Both the position numbers and the translations under genes were made by a program. Shown piece by piece: positions 9,353-19,348 of a DNA stretch of 64,000 nucleotides. The notes under the pieces were generated by a model that searched no databases, had not been told where the DNA came from, and worked only from the letters and a program-made list of their open reading frames with translations. Within the stretch, counting starts at the first letter, position 1; each line of letters opens with the position of its first letter. The DNA comes from Planctomycetota bacterium (GTDB lineage: Bacteria; Planctomycetota; JAJSAM01; JAJVHW01): assembly GCA_965248445.1 (NCBI GenBank), contig CBDFJG010000004.1, forward strand, positions 672,001 through 736,000, given 5' to 3'.

Positions 9353-10447
9353 CTAGCGGCCGCGGATCCGGCGCAGCGCGTATCGGGTGCGCAGGAACAA
9401 CGTGAGGCGGTGCTCCTTCGGGAGCATCGCCTCCGTGCGTTCCAGGAATGCGCGCACGGCGGGCCGATGGGCCTCCCGATCGCCGCGCGTCCATGCCCTC
9501 GCGCAGGCAACACGCTGCCGGTACCACGCCAGCCGACCCGACCGCTGGGGGCGGATCGATCCGCTGTCCACGATCTGGAACGCCGTGCCGTCGTAGATGA
9601 GGTTGTCCGCGTTCAAGCCGCTCACGAACGTGTGCGCCTTCACGAGCTTCGCAAGCAGACCTGCCAGAGCGAGAGCCCGCGGATCGTCGGCACGGACGAG
9701 AGACTCGTCGTCCTCCCGCAGCAGCATGCCGAGCGACGACCCCGCAACGTACGGCTGCAAGATCGTACGGCCGTCCGGCGCCCACGCCGCCACGGCGCTC
9801 GAGACGCCGAGACGTCCCCACTCGAGCGAGCGGCGCACCTGGGACTCCAGGTCCCGCCGCGTGCGCGGCCCGTCGTCGGCCGGGATCTTCCACGCGAACT
9901 CGGCGCCGTCGGAACTCCGACGAACGCGCGCGACGCGCGACGTCTTGCCGGACCCGAGGCGCAGGTCCACGAGTTCGTAACCCGCGGGCACTGCCGGAGT
10001 GACCGAATCGAGCAGGCTCTGCATCTCGCCCGCATCGCACGCGTCCACGAGACGCAGCCACGCCGCGCGCTCGGCGTACGAACTCAGCGTGAGGGCGTGG
10101 TAGAGCAGATCGAAGATCGGCGCTTCGCCGTGCAGATCGACGAACACGAAACGGTGCAGGTGCGCGCGCAGTTCATCGTCGGCGTGGCCCACCACCGCGC
10201 GCAACAGCGGCGCCGAGCGCCGTACGTCCGGACGGCGGAGCAGTGTTTTCGCGAGCGTCGCAGCCCCCTCGGCACCCGTCCGGTCCAGCGACGCGGCGAG
10301 CGTCGCTTGCATGGCGGCGGCATCCTCGCCGCGGAGTCCGGCGGCCACCTGATCAACAGCCGCCTCACTGTCGACGCCACGTAGCCGGGCGAGCAGCGCG
10401 ATCGGTCCAGCGCCCGCAATCCCTCCGGAGTCGTTCGTCGCTGTCAC
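9353..10447 (-). CDS. Protein-kinase-like (probable pseudokinase) domain protein
   Basis: LGSGKTS Gly-loop, FAWK lysine, GLNADN in place of HRDLKPxN, DSG in place of DFG. Confidence 0.6.
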   Translation of the reverse strand: MTATNDSGGIAGAGPIALLARLRGVDSEAAVDQVAAGLRGEDAAAMQATLAASLDRTGAEGAATLAKTLLRRPDVRRSAPLLRAVVGHADDELRAHLHRFVFVDLHGEAPIFDLLYHALTLSSYAERAAWLRLVDACDAGEMQSLLDSVTPAVPAGYELVDLRLGSGKTSRVARVRRSSDGAEFAWKIPADDGPRTRRDLESQVRRSLEWGRLGVSSAVAAWAPDGRTILQPYVAGSSLGMLLREDDESLVRADDPRALALAGLLAKLVKAHTFVSGLNADNLIYDGTAFQIVDSGSIRPQRSGRLAWYRQRVACARAWTRGDREAHRPAVRAFLERTEAMLPKEHRLTLFLRTRYALRRIRGR

Positions 10448-10571
10448 GTTGGTCTCCGCACCCTACTCCCGGCGAGGCAGCCAACGCCGCCCCTTCGACC
10501 GGCGCGGTCCCGGGTCGAGGGAAATGGGTCCGCCCCGCTAACCTCTCCGAGCCGACGGGGGACCACCGACC

Positions 10572-10795
10572 ATGCCATCACGCTTCCGTACCGCCGCTGC
10601 AACTGCGCTCGCACTGGCAATGCTCTGCTCCAGCGCCGCCGCCGATGACGGCGCGACGCGCGAGTGGAACCAGTTCCGGGGCTCGGCGGCGCGAGACGGG
10701 TTCGTCGAGATGGAATCCGTCAAGTCCGTGCCGGAGATCATCTGGAAGCACACCCTTCCGGGGCCGGTGGTCGGAGAGCCGGTGACGTGGAGTGG
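10572..10795 (+). pseudogene. 5' fragment of a secreted PQQ-like/BamB-type beta-propeller protein, truncated by IS66
   Basis: Signal peptide plus WNQFRGSAARDG...IIWK motif; frame runs into the IS inverted repeat at 10796. Confidence 0.75.
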
Positions 10796-12295
10796 GTAAC
10801 CGTTCACCCCTTGACAGCGTGTGAGCCTCAGCGTGCGACGGGCAGCGGGACCATGACGGGCGGGTCGGCGCCGGTGAGGTGCGCGGCGACCGAGTCGGCG
10901 AGGAAGTCGAAGACTTGGTCGCCACGGCGTCGCAGCGTGGCCGCGGCGGTCAACACGCGCTCGGCGAAGCGGAGTCCGCGAGCGGACTGGCTTCCGAAGG
11001 AGCCCTTGCGCCAGAGCACCGCTTTGCGGACCGCGCGCTCGGCGGCGTTGTTCGTCGGACTCACGTCCTGGGTCCGCGCATAGGTGAAGAGGGCGACCAC
11101 GCGGGGGCGCAGATGGTTGGCCAGAGCCGAGTCGTCGTTCGCGATCAGTCGCTCGAGCCGTCCGCGCAGCACAGCGGCTTCGCCTTGCAGCCGGTCACGG
11201 TCGCCGTGCTCACCGAAGAGCCGGTAGCTGCGCATGACCGACTGCGCGATCATGACGCCCTTGTTGCCGAAGCGGCGATGTCCTCGCGGGCCTTCGGCCA
11301 GCGCACGGAAGGCGCGCTCGATGTGCGCCCAGCAGAGCTGGCGGCGGGCAAGTGGGTGTGACTCGTAGGCACCCATCCGGTCGCTGATCACCGTGCCACC
11401 GAAGCGCCGCCCGATCAGCCGCCCTTTCGCCTTGGCACTGCGGCGGCGATCGATCCCGAAGGCTGTGGCGTGCTCGCTCTCCGCCGCCCACAGCCAGCAC
11501 ACCCGGCCCCGTTCCTTCCACGACGTCTCGTCCACGTTGGCTCGCAGCGACGTGCGGACTGCCCCGAGGGCTTCGAGGTACGACGAGTGCAGAGCGTCAC
11601 TGAGCCGACGCTCACAGTCGCTGATCTTGCCCAGCGACATCTTCACACCGAAGATCTCACCGAGCAGCCGCTGCGTCTCCCGCACGCTCACGCGGTACAC
11701 GCCGCGCAGCGCGCCGGCAAGTGTGGTCAGCCGCGGACCGAAGGCCCCGGTCGGCACGCCATCGGGCAGGACCGCCGTCGTGACCGCACGACAGCGCCGG
11801 CACCGCGCCTTGTGCAGCCGGTGCTCCCGCACCGTGACGAGCACGCGCGGGAGCACCGTCACCTGGTGCCGGTACGGATCGCCGATGCCCTGCTCGAGAT
11901 CGTCGTGTCCGCACGCGTCGCAGAGGTCGGGACGGTGCTCCTTGGTCTCATCGACGTTGGACGGATCCACCAGCTCGCGCGCCGTGCCCTCATGGCCCGG
12001 CTGTCCGCCCTGCTTGCGACCGCTACGCGGCCTTCGGCCGCGACGGCGCTTGGACCACGCCGGGTCCGACGACGGAGGCCTCGAGCTGTTGCGGGAGTCA
12101 CGCTTCAGACGCGACTCGAGCTCGTCGATGCGGCGCAGATGCTTCGCTTCGCGACGCTCCAGCTCCTCGATCCAGGCCAGAAGGCCCTCGACCATCGCCC
12201 GCAGATCCTCGTCCTGCCGCTCGCCCACAACCTCTTGATCGACCGATGGCCGAACGATCTGGATCCTGGCTCGCGACGAAGGGGTGAACGGTTAC
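10796..12295 (-). mobile_element. IS66-family insertion sequence, single-ORF (ISBst12-like) type, copy 1
   Basis: 1,500 bp with perfect 17-bp terminal inverted repeats GTAACCGTTCACCCCTT; near-identical to 51344-52843. Confidence 0.93.
10828..12228 (-). CDS. IS66 family transposase
   Basis: NSSRPPSSD, GGQPGHEG, Zn ribbon, DET, QLCWAH and TNNAAERAVR motifs. Confidence 0.95.
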   Translation of the reverse strand: MGERQDEDLRAMVEGLLAWIEELERREAKHLRRIDELESRLKRDSRNSSRPPSSDPAWSKRRRGRRPRSGRKQGGQPGHEGTARELVDPSNVDETKEHRPDLCDACGHDDLEQGIGDPYRHQVTVLPRVLVTVREHRLHKARCRRCRAVTTAVLPDGVPTGAFGPRLTTLAGALRGVYRVSVRETQRLLGEIFGVKMSLGKISDCERRLSDALHSSYLEALGAVRTSLRANVDETSWKERGRVCWLWAAESEHATAFGIDRRRSAKAKGRLIGRRFGGTVISDRMGAYESHPLARRQLCWAHIERAFRALAEGPRGHRRFGNKGVMIAQSVMRSYRLFGEHGDRDRLQGEAAVLRGRLERLIANDDSALANHLRPRVVALFTYARTQDVSPTNNAAERAVRKAVLWRKGSFGSQSARGLRFAERVLTAAATLRRRGDQVFDFLADSVAAHLTGADPPVMVPLPVAR

Positions 12296-12428
12296 GCGGC
12301 TGCTGCTGCTCGGTGCCTCATTCGTGCAGCATGCATAACAAGCGGGCGGGCGCAAGTGGTTCCAGCCCATCCTCTGACGAGGATGGCGCGGCCTGCGCCC
12401 GCCCGGGATCGCGGTCAGAGAGACCGGG

Positions 12429-12869
12429 CTAGCCGAGGTCTGCTGTGCAGTTCGGGCAGCGGGTCGCCTTGATCGGGATGTTCGTGCAGCACTTGGCGCA
12501 CACCTTCTCCGACGGCGGCGGCGGTGCCTCCGCTTCCTTCGCCTTGGCCGAGTTCATGGCCCTGATCACCATGAAGATCGCGAACGCCACGATCAGGAAG
12601 TCGATCGTGTACTGGACGAACTGGCCCCAGCCGACCGCGACCTCGGCGATCGCCGTGACGCCCTCGGACGCCTCGACGCCCTCGGTCAGGACGATCTTGT
12701 TGTCGGCGAAGTTGACCCCGCCGGCGAACGAGCCGACCACCGGCATCAGGATGTCACCTACGAACGAGCTGACGATCTTGCCGAACGCTCCGCCCAGGAT
12801 GATGCCGACCGCCATGTCCATGACGTTGCCGCGCATCGCGAAGCCTTTGAATTCACTGATCATGCCCAC
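12429..12869 (-). CDS. mscL: Large-conductance mechanosensitive channel with C-terminal Zn ribbon
   Basis: EFKGFAMRGNVMDMAVGIILGGAFGKIVSS; C-terminal CAKC...CPNCT; GTG or ATG start after GGAGG. Confidence 0.93.
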   Translation of the reverse strand: MGMISEFKGFAMRGNVMDMAVGIILGGAFGKIVSSFVGDILMPVVGSFAGGVNFADNKIVLTEGVEASEGVTAIAEVAVGWGQFVQYTIDFLIVAFAIFMVIRAMNSAKAKEAEAPPPPSEKVCAKCCTNIPIKATRCPNCTADLG

Positions 12870-13005
12870 GTGAGGAATCCTCCGACGAGTTGAAGGGGCA
12901 CCGCCGCCGACCACGTCTCCCCACGTCTGCCTCTTACGTGTCGTCCTTGCCCCAGGACCGGAGGAATCTAGCCAAACGGGCGCCGGGACCTACATCTCCT
13001 GAGGG

Positions 13006-14184
13006 TCACGGCAGGCGTCGCGGCGGGGCGGGACCGGCACCGCGCCGGATGGCCGAGGCGCCGTGCCGGTCTCGGATCGCGTCCATCGCCTCATCGAGGC
13101 GGCTGTCCCGGGCCGTCCCCGGGTCGTCGAACAGGCCCAGCTGCCCTCCGCCGCCACGCAGGTCCCCGGCGGAGAATCCGATCAGGCGGACTGGCTGGAA
13201 CGACTCACTGCACCACCGCTCGAACAGTGCCCGGGCGGCGGCTCCGAGGGCGCTGGTCGTGTCGGCCGGGGCGGCGAGCGTGGTCTGCCGGGTGACCGTC
13301 TCGAAGTCGCCGAAGCGGACCCTGATCGTCACCGTCCGCGCTCTCACACCCGCCTTGCGGAGTCTGCGGGACACCGCGTCGACGTGCAGGTCGAGCACCC
13401 GCCGGACCTCGACCGGGTCGGCGAGGTCCTCGCCGAATGTGCACTCCTGCCCGACGCTCTTGGCTCGCGCGTCGGAGATCACCGGACGCGGGTCTTCGCC
13501 TCGGGCCAGGCGGTTCAGTCGGTCGCCGAGCGAGCCGGCCAGCGCCACGAGCCGGGCTGCATCCGACGCCGCCACGTCGCCGAACGTATGCAGGCCGGCC
13601 TTGCGGAGTCGCTCGGCGGTCTTGGGCCCGACACCCCAGAGACGCTCTATCGGCAACGGCGCCAGCCACTCCGACGTGCCCCGCCGTGGGACGACCGTGA
13701 GTCCGTCGGGCTTGTCTATGTCCGAAGCGAGTTTCGCGAGGAACTTGTTCGGTGCGACGCCGACGGACGCGGTCAGCCCGATCTCGGCGCGAATGCGCGC
13801 GCGCAGACGCTCAGCGAACGCCACCGGATCTCCGAGGACGCGCGCCGTCCCGGTCAGGTCGAGGAACGCCTCGTCGATGCTGAGCGGCTCGACCACCGGC
13901 ACCGACTCCTCGAGGATCGCGAACATGCGGCCGGACGCCTCGGCGTAGCGCCGCATGTCGCCGGGGACGATGATCGCGTGCGGACACATGCGCTTGGCCC
14001 GCGACATCGGTTGCGCAGAGCGGCAACCGTACTTGCGCGCTTCGTACGACGCCGCGGCCACGACGCCGCGCGGACCGTCGTGCCCCACGAGCACCGGCTG
14101 TCCGCGCAGTTCCGGCCGGTCACGCTGCTCGACCGACGCGTAGAACGCATCCATGTCGATGTGCAGAACGGTCCTCTCCGTCAC
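13006..14184 (-). CDS. dinB: DNA polymerase IV
   Basis: HIDMDAFYASVE, SYEAR, SIDEAFLD and NKFLAKLASD motifs. Confidence 0.95.
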   Translation of the reverse strand: MTERTVLHIDMDAFYASVEQRDRPELRGQPVLVGHDGPRGVVAAASYEARKYGCRSAQPMSRAKRMCPHAIIVPGDMRRYAEASGRMFAILEESVPVVEPLSIDEAFLDLTGTARVLGDPVAFAERLRARIRAEIGLTASVGVAPNKFLAKLASDIDKPDGLTVVPRRGTSEWLAPLPIERLWGVGPKTAERLRKAGLHTFGDVAASDAARLVALAGSLGDRLNRLARGEDPRPVISDARAKSVGQECTFGEDLADPVEVRRVLDLHVDAVSRRLRKAGVRARTVTIRVRFGDFETVTRQTTLAAPADTTSALGAAARALFERWCSESFQPVRLIGFSAGDLRGGGGQLGLFDDPGTARDSRLDEAMDAIRDRHGASAIRRGAGPAPPRRLP

Positions 14185-14213
14185 GCTGTCAGCGTAACGG
14201 CCGGCCGGGACCG

Positions 14214-15494
14214 TCAGCTGCCGGGACTCTCTCCCGGCGGGACCCTCCGTCTCCAGAGCGTCCACGCCGCCGACGGGATGACGAGCAGAATCGAGAGCGC
14301 CACCAGCATCGTGCGGATGTCACCGCCCAGCCAGTCGAGCACGTATCCGCCGACCGCGCTGCCGATCGCGCTCGCGAGCGTCAGTAACCCGAACTCGACG
14401 GAGAACACACGGCCTCTCACTGTCGTCGGGACGTACATCATCAGTAACTGTGTCGCGAACACCCAGTTGAGCCCGGCTCCCGCGCCCCTCAGGAACGACC
14501 CCGCCAGCACCACTGGAAAGACCGTTCCGTACGCCACGATGCACATGCCGGCACCAGCCATCAAATAGGAGTACGTGAGGGCCCGCCGCATCGACGGGAC
14601 GTGGTCGCCGGTGATCCTGCGCGCCACAAGGGGCGCGACTCCGGTGCCGACGCCGACGCACGCGTACATCATGCCGAGGCCGGTGCTGCCCCCCTCGCCG
14701 ATCACGAAGTCGCGCTCGGTCAGCGCCGCTTGCGCAACCGCGAACGGGCCGGAGACGATCAGCGCGCTCGACGCCTTGTGGCAGGCCGTCGCCATGACGT
14801 CGGGGTTGCGCCGTAGGTAGCCGAGTCCCGACGCGAACGCGTTGAACGTGCCCGACGGCGACCCGGACATCCCATGGCCGCCCCGCACTGTGATCCGCGC
14901 GACCACGGCTGCGGACACGAGGAACGTGATCGCGTCGATGAGGAAGCAAGGCGTCGTGCCGAGCTGACCGGCCACGACGCCGCCGAGCGCCGCTCCGAGA
15001 GCCAGCATCACGGACCACGTCGCTGCACCGAGCGCCGTGGCGGTGCCGATGTCCGCGCGTTCGACCAAGTCGGGGAGAATCGCGTTGCGCGCTGGGTAGA
15101 AGAAACCCGACACGAAGAGCTGCGCGAACGTCAGCACGTACAGCAGCCAGACGCGGTCGGGGCTGTCGACCAGCAGGAATCCGAGCACGATGACGGCGCG
15201 CGCCAAGTCCGTCGCGATCAGAATCGTGCGCCGCGGCAGACGGTCCGCGAGCACGCCGGCCACCGGACTCGCGAGGAACGGCGCGATCATCCGCGCCGCG
15301 AACAGGAGGCCGACGGCGAGGCCGGAGCCCGTCAGCGAGGTGATGAGGGTGACCGTCGCGATCAGGTTGAACCAGTCGCCGAGAAGACTGGAAACCTGGC
15401 CGAGCCACAGCCGGCGGTAGTCGGCGTTCTCGCGAACGAGCTGAACGTAACCGCGTGCCGCGGGTGCGGAATCGGCGGAGGCGTGGTCGGGCAT
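14214..15494 (-). CDS. MFS transporter
   Basis: LWLGQVSSLLGDW and GVLADRLPRR motifs; about 12 TM helices. Confidence 0.9.
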   Translation of the reverse strand: MPDHASADSAPAARGYVQLVRENADYRRLWLGQVSSLLGDWFNLIATVTLITSLTGSGLAVGLLFAARMIAPFLASPVAGVLADRLPRRTILIATDLARAVIVLGFLLVDSPDRVWLLYVLTFAQLFVSGFFYPARNAILPDLVERADIGTATALGAATWSVMLALGAALGGVVAGQLGTTPCFLIDAITFLVSAAVVARITVRGGHGMSGSPSGTFNAFASGLGYLRRNPDVMATACHKASSALIVSGPFAVAQAALTERDFVIGEGGSTGLGMMYACVGVGTGVAPLVARRITGDHVPSMRRALTYSYLMAGAGMCIVAYGTVFPVVLAGSFLRGAGAGLNWVFATQLLMMYVPTTVRGRVFSVEFGLLTLASAIGSAVGGYVLDWLGGDIRTMLVALSILLVIPSAAWTLWRRRVPPGESPGS

Positions 15495-15500
15495 GCGGGT

Positions 15501-15693
15501 GTAGGGGCGGACCGCTGCGCCCGCCCGCGAATGGTACGGTGAGGGAGCGCCGCGCGCAGCGGCGCGAGCGAACGCCCGCGACCCGAGTCCGCGTGCCAGC
15601 GGACGAGGGGGCGAACGCCATGGACAATGGCGTTTGCAGCGGGATCCGAACCGACGAGGGTCTCGCGGGGCGGGCGCGGCGGCCCGCCCCTAG
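15501..15693. repeat. Inverted pair of REP-like palindromes
   Basis: GTAGGGGCGGACCGCTGCGCCCGCCCGC at 15501-15528 and an inverted CTAG variant at about 15665-15693. Confidence 0.7.
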
Positions 15694-15704
15694 AGCCAAT
15701 TGAG

Positions 15705-16214
15705 CTAGCTCTGCTTCGAGTACACGTAGTGGAAGAGCTGGATCTCGTTGCCGTCCGGCAGTGCCATGTGGAAGTCGAACTCCCGCGTGCCGTCGTCGTT
15801 GCGCTTCTCGACGCTGCGGAAGGTCGTCATGTCCCCGGTCTGCATGTTCGGGCCCTGGCACGTCATCTCGAGAGTGGTCCCCTCCTCGTTCATGTCGCCT
15901 TCCATGACGAAGAGGTTGGTGCTCATCGAGTCGATCCACGTGCCGACCCACTTGCCGCGCCGCGTGTCATAGCCGCAGGTCGCGCGGCCGACGAACGGCG
16001 CCCCCATCATGTCGCACTCGAACTTGCTGACGGTCCAGAACGCCCCGACGGGCTCGACCGTCTCGACCGCGGTCTGCTCCATCGGGGGCTGCGACGGGTC
16101 CATGAAGTACTGGCACTTCACGTTCCATGTCCCCACGTTGCCGGAGAGCATCTCGTGCTCTCGGGTCGGCTTGGGCATCGCGCAATCGCCCCCCATCTCG
16201 CCTTGCTCTGCCAT
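15705..16214 (-). CDS. DUF1579-like protein
   Basis: PKPTREHEML, GTW, GYD...KWVGTWIDSMST motifs; GGAGG upstream. Confidence 0.8.
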   Translation of the reverse strand: MAEQGEMGGDCAMPKPTREHEMLSGNVGTWNVKCQYFMDPSQPPMEQTAVETVEPVGAFWTVSKFECDMMGAPFVGRATCGYDTRRGKWVGTWIDSMSTNLFVMEGDMNEEGTTLEMTCQGPNMQTGDMTTFRSVEKRNDDGTREFDFHMALPDGNEIQLFHYVYSKQS

Positions 16215-16360
16215 TTCGTCCTCCTGTCCTGGTTCTCCCGGCGAACCGGTGTCCTGCGGACCCTCGTCGGGTGCCGGACTCGTGAGCGTAGACGCCCCTG
16301 CCGCAGGGTGCGAGGGGCGGCGCCGTTGACACCCCGCGCGCGGGGCGGCAACCTCGGGGA

Positions 16361-17413
16361 ATGCAGACACTCACCACCGCTTCCGTCCGGGCCTCCGCCG
16401 CACTCCTGACCGTCCTGATGTTGGCGGCGTCCGCCGGCCCGGCACTGGCCGCCGAGATCGGCGAAGAGGCGCCGCAGATCGATGTGACCGACTGGGCGCA
16501 GGGCGAGCTGAGTCTCGCCGAGAACCCCGACAAGAAGGTCCGCGTCCTCCAGTTCTTCAGCACGGTTCAGCCCGCTTCGGTGACCGCGATGGACGAGATG
16601 GAGGAGTGGCACACCGAGATGAGCTCCAAGGTCGACTTCGTGGCCGTCAGCAACCAGGGCAAGACGTCGATCGCCACGTTCCTCGAGAAGCACAAGCTGT
16701 CGTACGGTGTTGCCGTGGACGGCTACGACAACACGTCGGCCGAGTACCTGGGCGAGAAGGGCAAGGTGCTGCCGTACTACGTGATCGTCAACGCGGAGGG
16801 CGTGCTCGCGTGGACAGGGGGTTCCGACGACGATCCCAAGGACACGATCGTCGAGATCGTCGAGGGCAAGTTCGACGTGGCCCGCCACCAGAAGCTCGAG
16901 GCCGCGCGCAAGAAGGTCTCCGACATGGGTCCCGGAACGACCATGGACGATCAGGAGGAGGCGCTCGATGAGCTGCTCGAGCTCGATCCGGGCGATCTCC
17001 GCGCGTACACGCAGCGGTTCTTCATCATCCAGTTCCGGCGTGACGCCGAGAAGTGGCTCGCGTGGGCGGAGAAGTACGTCGGCTGGGCGACCGCGGAGGA
17101 GGAGGCGATGGCACTCAACAACGTCGCCTGGGAACTGGCGACGCGCGGCGACCTGTCGTGGCGCAACCCCGCACTCGCGCTGAAGGCCGGCAAGAAGGCC
17201 GTCGAGTTCGCCAAGGACGACGAGGACGCGGGGATCATCGACACCTACGCCCGCGCGCTGTTCAACGTCGGTTTGATCGACAAGGCGATCACGCAGCAGA
17301 AGAAGGCGATCGCCGCGGTCACGGACGAATCCGAGGAGAGCAGCAAGGAAGACCTCGAGAAGACGCTGAAGTTCTACGAGGCGGCGATGAAGGCACAGAA
17401 GGCCGAGAAGTAG
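16361..17413 (+). CDS. Secreted TlpA/redoxin-fold plus TPR-like protein lacking CxxC
   Basis: Signal peptide; IGEEAPQI..W; FFSTVQPAS at the FWATWCxxC position; LNNVAWELAT and DTYARALF helical repeats. Confidence 0.8.
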   Translation: MQTLTTASVRASAALLTVLMLAASAGPALAAEIGEEAPQIDVTDWAQGELSLAENPDKKVRVLQFFSTVQPASVTAMDEMEEWHTEMSSKVDFVAVSNQGKTSIATFLEKHKLSYGVAVDGYDNTSAEYLGEKGKVLPYYVIVNAEGVLAWTGGSDDDPKDTIVEIVEGKFDVARHQKLEAARKKVSDMGPGTTMDDQEEALDELLELDPGDLRAYTQRFFIIQFRRDAEKWLAWAEKYVGWATAEEEAMALNNVAWELATRGDLSWRNPALALKAGKKAVEFAKDDEDAGIIDTYARALFNVGLIDKAITQQKKAIAAVTDESEESSKEDLEKTLKFYEAAMKAQKAEK

Positions 17414-17519
17414 GTGAGCGAGGGCGCCGCGCAGCGGCGTGAGGACTCTCCGGTGGAGAGTCCGAGACGAGCGAACGCGAGCGCAGGCCTCCGGCCGGAG
17501 CGAGTGTACGAGCGGAGTG

Positions 17520-17700
17520 GCGCGGAGGCGGAACGCCGGAACGAAGTGCGGGCTTCGCCACGGTAAGGCAGCTCAACACGAAGGTGGCGCTCCTGCCGCT
17601 GCTGAAGCCGTCGTTTACGGCTTCGGCCCCCTCGCGCGCTGACACGCGCGCTCAGGTCCGTGGCCCTCGTAGCGATCCGCCGGCGAACACGTTACGCCGC
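17520..17700 (-). ncRNA. Candidate 6S RNA-like structured RNA
   Basis: About 180-nt intergenic imperfect rod (CGCCGG/CCGGCG, GGGC/GCCC, CCACGG/CCGTGG) with ordered 6S-like motifs GTGTTCG, CCTGAGC, GGGGGCC, CGCCACCTT, CGGCG. Confidence 0.4.
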
Positions 17701-17760
17701 AAGCAACCGATGTCGTGTGCCAAGCGGATCGACACGCCGCACACAATTTGAGGCGGATCG

Positions 17761-18393
17761 CTATTCCGGCTGCGGAATGACCCTGAGATACGGCTTCTGC
17801 TCGTCCCACCCGCCCGGGAAGCGCTCGCGGGCCTCGGCCTCCGGGACGTCCGGCGCGATGATCACGTCGTCACCGGCGTTCCAGTTGACCGGTGTCGCGA
17901 TCGGGTGCCGCGCCGTGATCTGCAGCGAGTCCACCACCCGGAGGATCTCGTCGAAGTTCCGGCCCGTGCTGGGCGGGTACGTGATCGTCGCCTTGACTGT
18001 GTTGTCCGGACCGATCAGGAACACCGACCGCACGGTAAACGTCGCGGCCGCCTTCGGATGGATCATGTCGTAGAGCTCGGACACCTTGCGGTCCGCGTCG
18101 CCGATCATCGGGAACGCGAGCGCGGTGCCCTGAGTCTCCTCGATGTCCTTGGCCCACTCGTTGTGGTCCTCGACCGTGTCCACGGAGAGGCCGATCACCT
18201 TCACGTTCCGCTCGCGGAACTGCGGGACGAGCTTCGACGCGTACCCGAGCTCGGTCGTGCAGACCGGCGTGAAGTCCTTGGGGTGCGAGAACAGCACGGC
18301 CCAGGAGTCGCCCTTCCATTCGTGGAAGCGGATCGTGCCGTCGGTCGTCTGCGCCTCGAAGTCCGGCGCCGTGTCACCCAGTCGAATTGCCAT
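17761..18393 (-). CDS. 1-Cys peroxiredoxin (Prx6 type)
   Basis: FSHPKDFTPVCTTE and GRNFDEILR motifs. Confidence 0.95.
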   Translation of the reverse strand: MAIRLGDTAPDFEAQTTDGTIRFHEWKGDSWAVLFSHPKDFTPVCTTELGYASKLVPQFRERNVKVIGLSVDTVEDHNEWAKDIEETQGTALAFPMIGDADRKVSELYDMIHPKAAATFTVRSVFLIGPDNTVKATITYPPSTGRNFDEILRVVDSLQITARHPIATPVNWNAGDDVIIAPDVPEAEARERFPGGWDEQKPYLRVIPQPE

Positions 18394-18463
18394 CACTCAC
18401 CTCCGCCATGGGAACCGTGGGCCGGAGAGAGTACGCGACCGGGAGAGAGTCTGCGAGCGGTGC

Positions 18464-19288
18464 TCAGCGTGCGCCGGGGGGCCGACGTCTGCGGCCTTCG
18501 CCGTCGCGCCCAATCTCCTCGCGGCGCTTCTCTCGCTCGTCGGCTTCAGCGCGTGTGGCCGTCCGGCGGGACGACGCAGCCTCGAAGTCGAAGGTCCTCT
18601 CGTTCTCCTTCCACCACGCACGCCAGAGATCGGGGTCCGTCCTGATCGACTCGCCAGTGGCGTACCGCAGCGCGTCCCTCACAGCGCGCCCGTGCCCGGA
18701 GCTCTTCCGCCCCCGCGCGGCGGCGAACTGGATCAGTTTCTCGATCGCCCTCTTGGCGGGCACGTTCGCCACCGCCCGCAGCACCGGTGCCGCAATCGAG
18801 TTGTCCGTGTCGTGCTTGATCACGTCGAGGAGAGCGTCGATCGAAACGGGCTGGGCGAGATCGTGGAGGGCATCGGCCGTCTCGATGAGTTCGTCCGAAG
18901 CGGCTTCGTCCTTCGACAACCGGGGCAATTCGCGCGCCAAGCCCTGGGCAGCCTTCTTCTTGTCCGCGTCCGCGGAACGCGCCGACAGCGCCTCGCGCGC
19001 AGCCTTGCGCACGGAGTAGGAGTCGTCGCGCAGGAGCTTCACGAGCGGCGTGACGAGCTTGCGGTCCTGCACGTCCTTCGCGAGCGTGGCGGCGGCGAGG
19101 CACTCGGGCTGCTCCTTGGACGCCAACTTCTTGGCGAGGTCCTTGGCGTCGATGGTCCCCGAGGTGCCGGTGTCCGACGCGACCGGGTCCGACGCGACCG
19201 GGTCCGCCGGCTCCTCGGCGCGCGCCGCCGGAACAGCCAGACCGGCGGCCGCGAGCACGAGAGCCAGGCACGTGGTGGGGATGCGCAT
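18464..19288 (-). CDS. Secreted HEAT-repeat protein
   Basis: Signal peptide (ARA), LLRDDSYSVRKAAREAL repeats, TG...WRAWW tail. Confidence 0.75.
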   Translation of the reverse strand: MRIPTTCLALVLAAAGLAVPAARAEEPADPVASDPVASDTGTSGTIDAKDLAKKLASKEQPECLAAATLAKDVQDRKLVTPLVKLLRDDSYSVRKAAREALSARSADADKKKAAQGLARELPRLSKDEAASDELIETADALHDLAQPVSIDALLDVIKHDTDNSIAAPVLRAVANVPAKRAIEKLIQFAAARGRKSSGHGRAVRDALRYATGESIRTDPDLWRAWWKENERTFDFEAASSRRTATRAEADEREKRREEIGRDGEGRRRRPPGAR

Positions 19289-19348
19289 CTCAGACCTCCT
19301 GGCGACCTGAACCCGCGACGCCGCCCTCGGTTCCGTTGGTCGCTTCGC

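Noticed and set aside
6468..10061. Very long alternative-frame ORFs (e.g. 6468-10061, 36682-39939, 46599-49787, 18143-20572)
   Set aside because: Antisense or shadow frames of well-supported genes in high-GC DNA; Arg/Ala-rich with no motifs
12429..12510. Zn-ribbon tail on MscL as a novelty
   Set aside because: CxxC...CPxCT tails are familiar in many MscL homologs
17702..17723. Sigma-54-like TGGCAC...TTGC on the minus strand
   Set aside because: Spacing between the elements is 10 nt instead of 5
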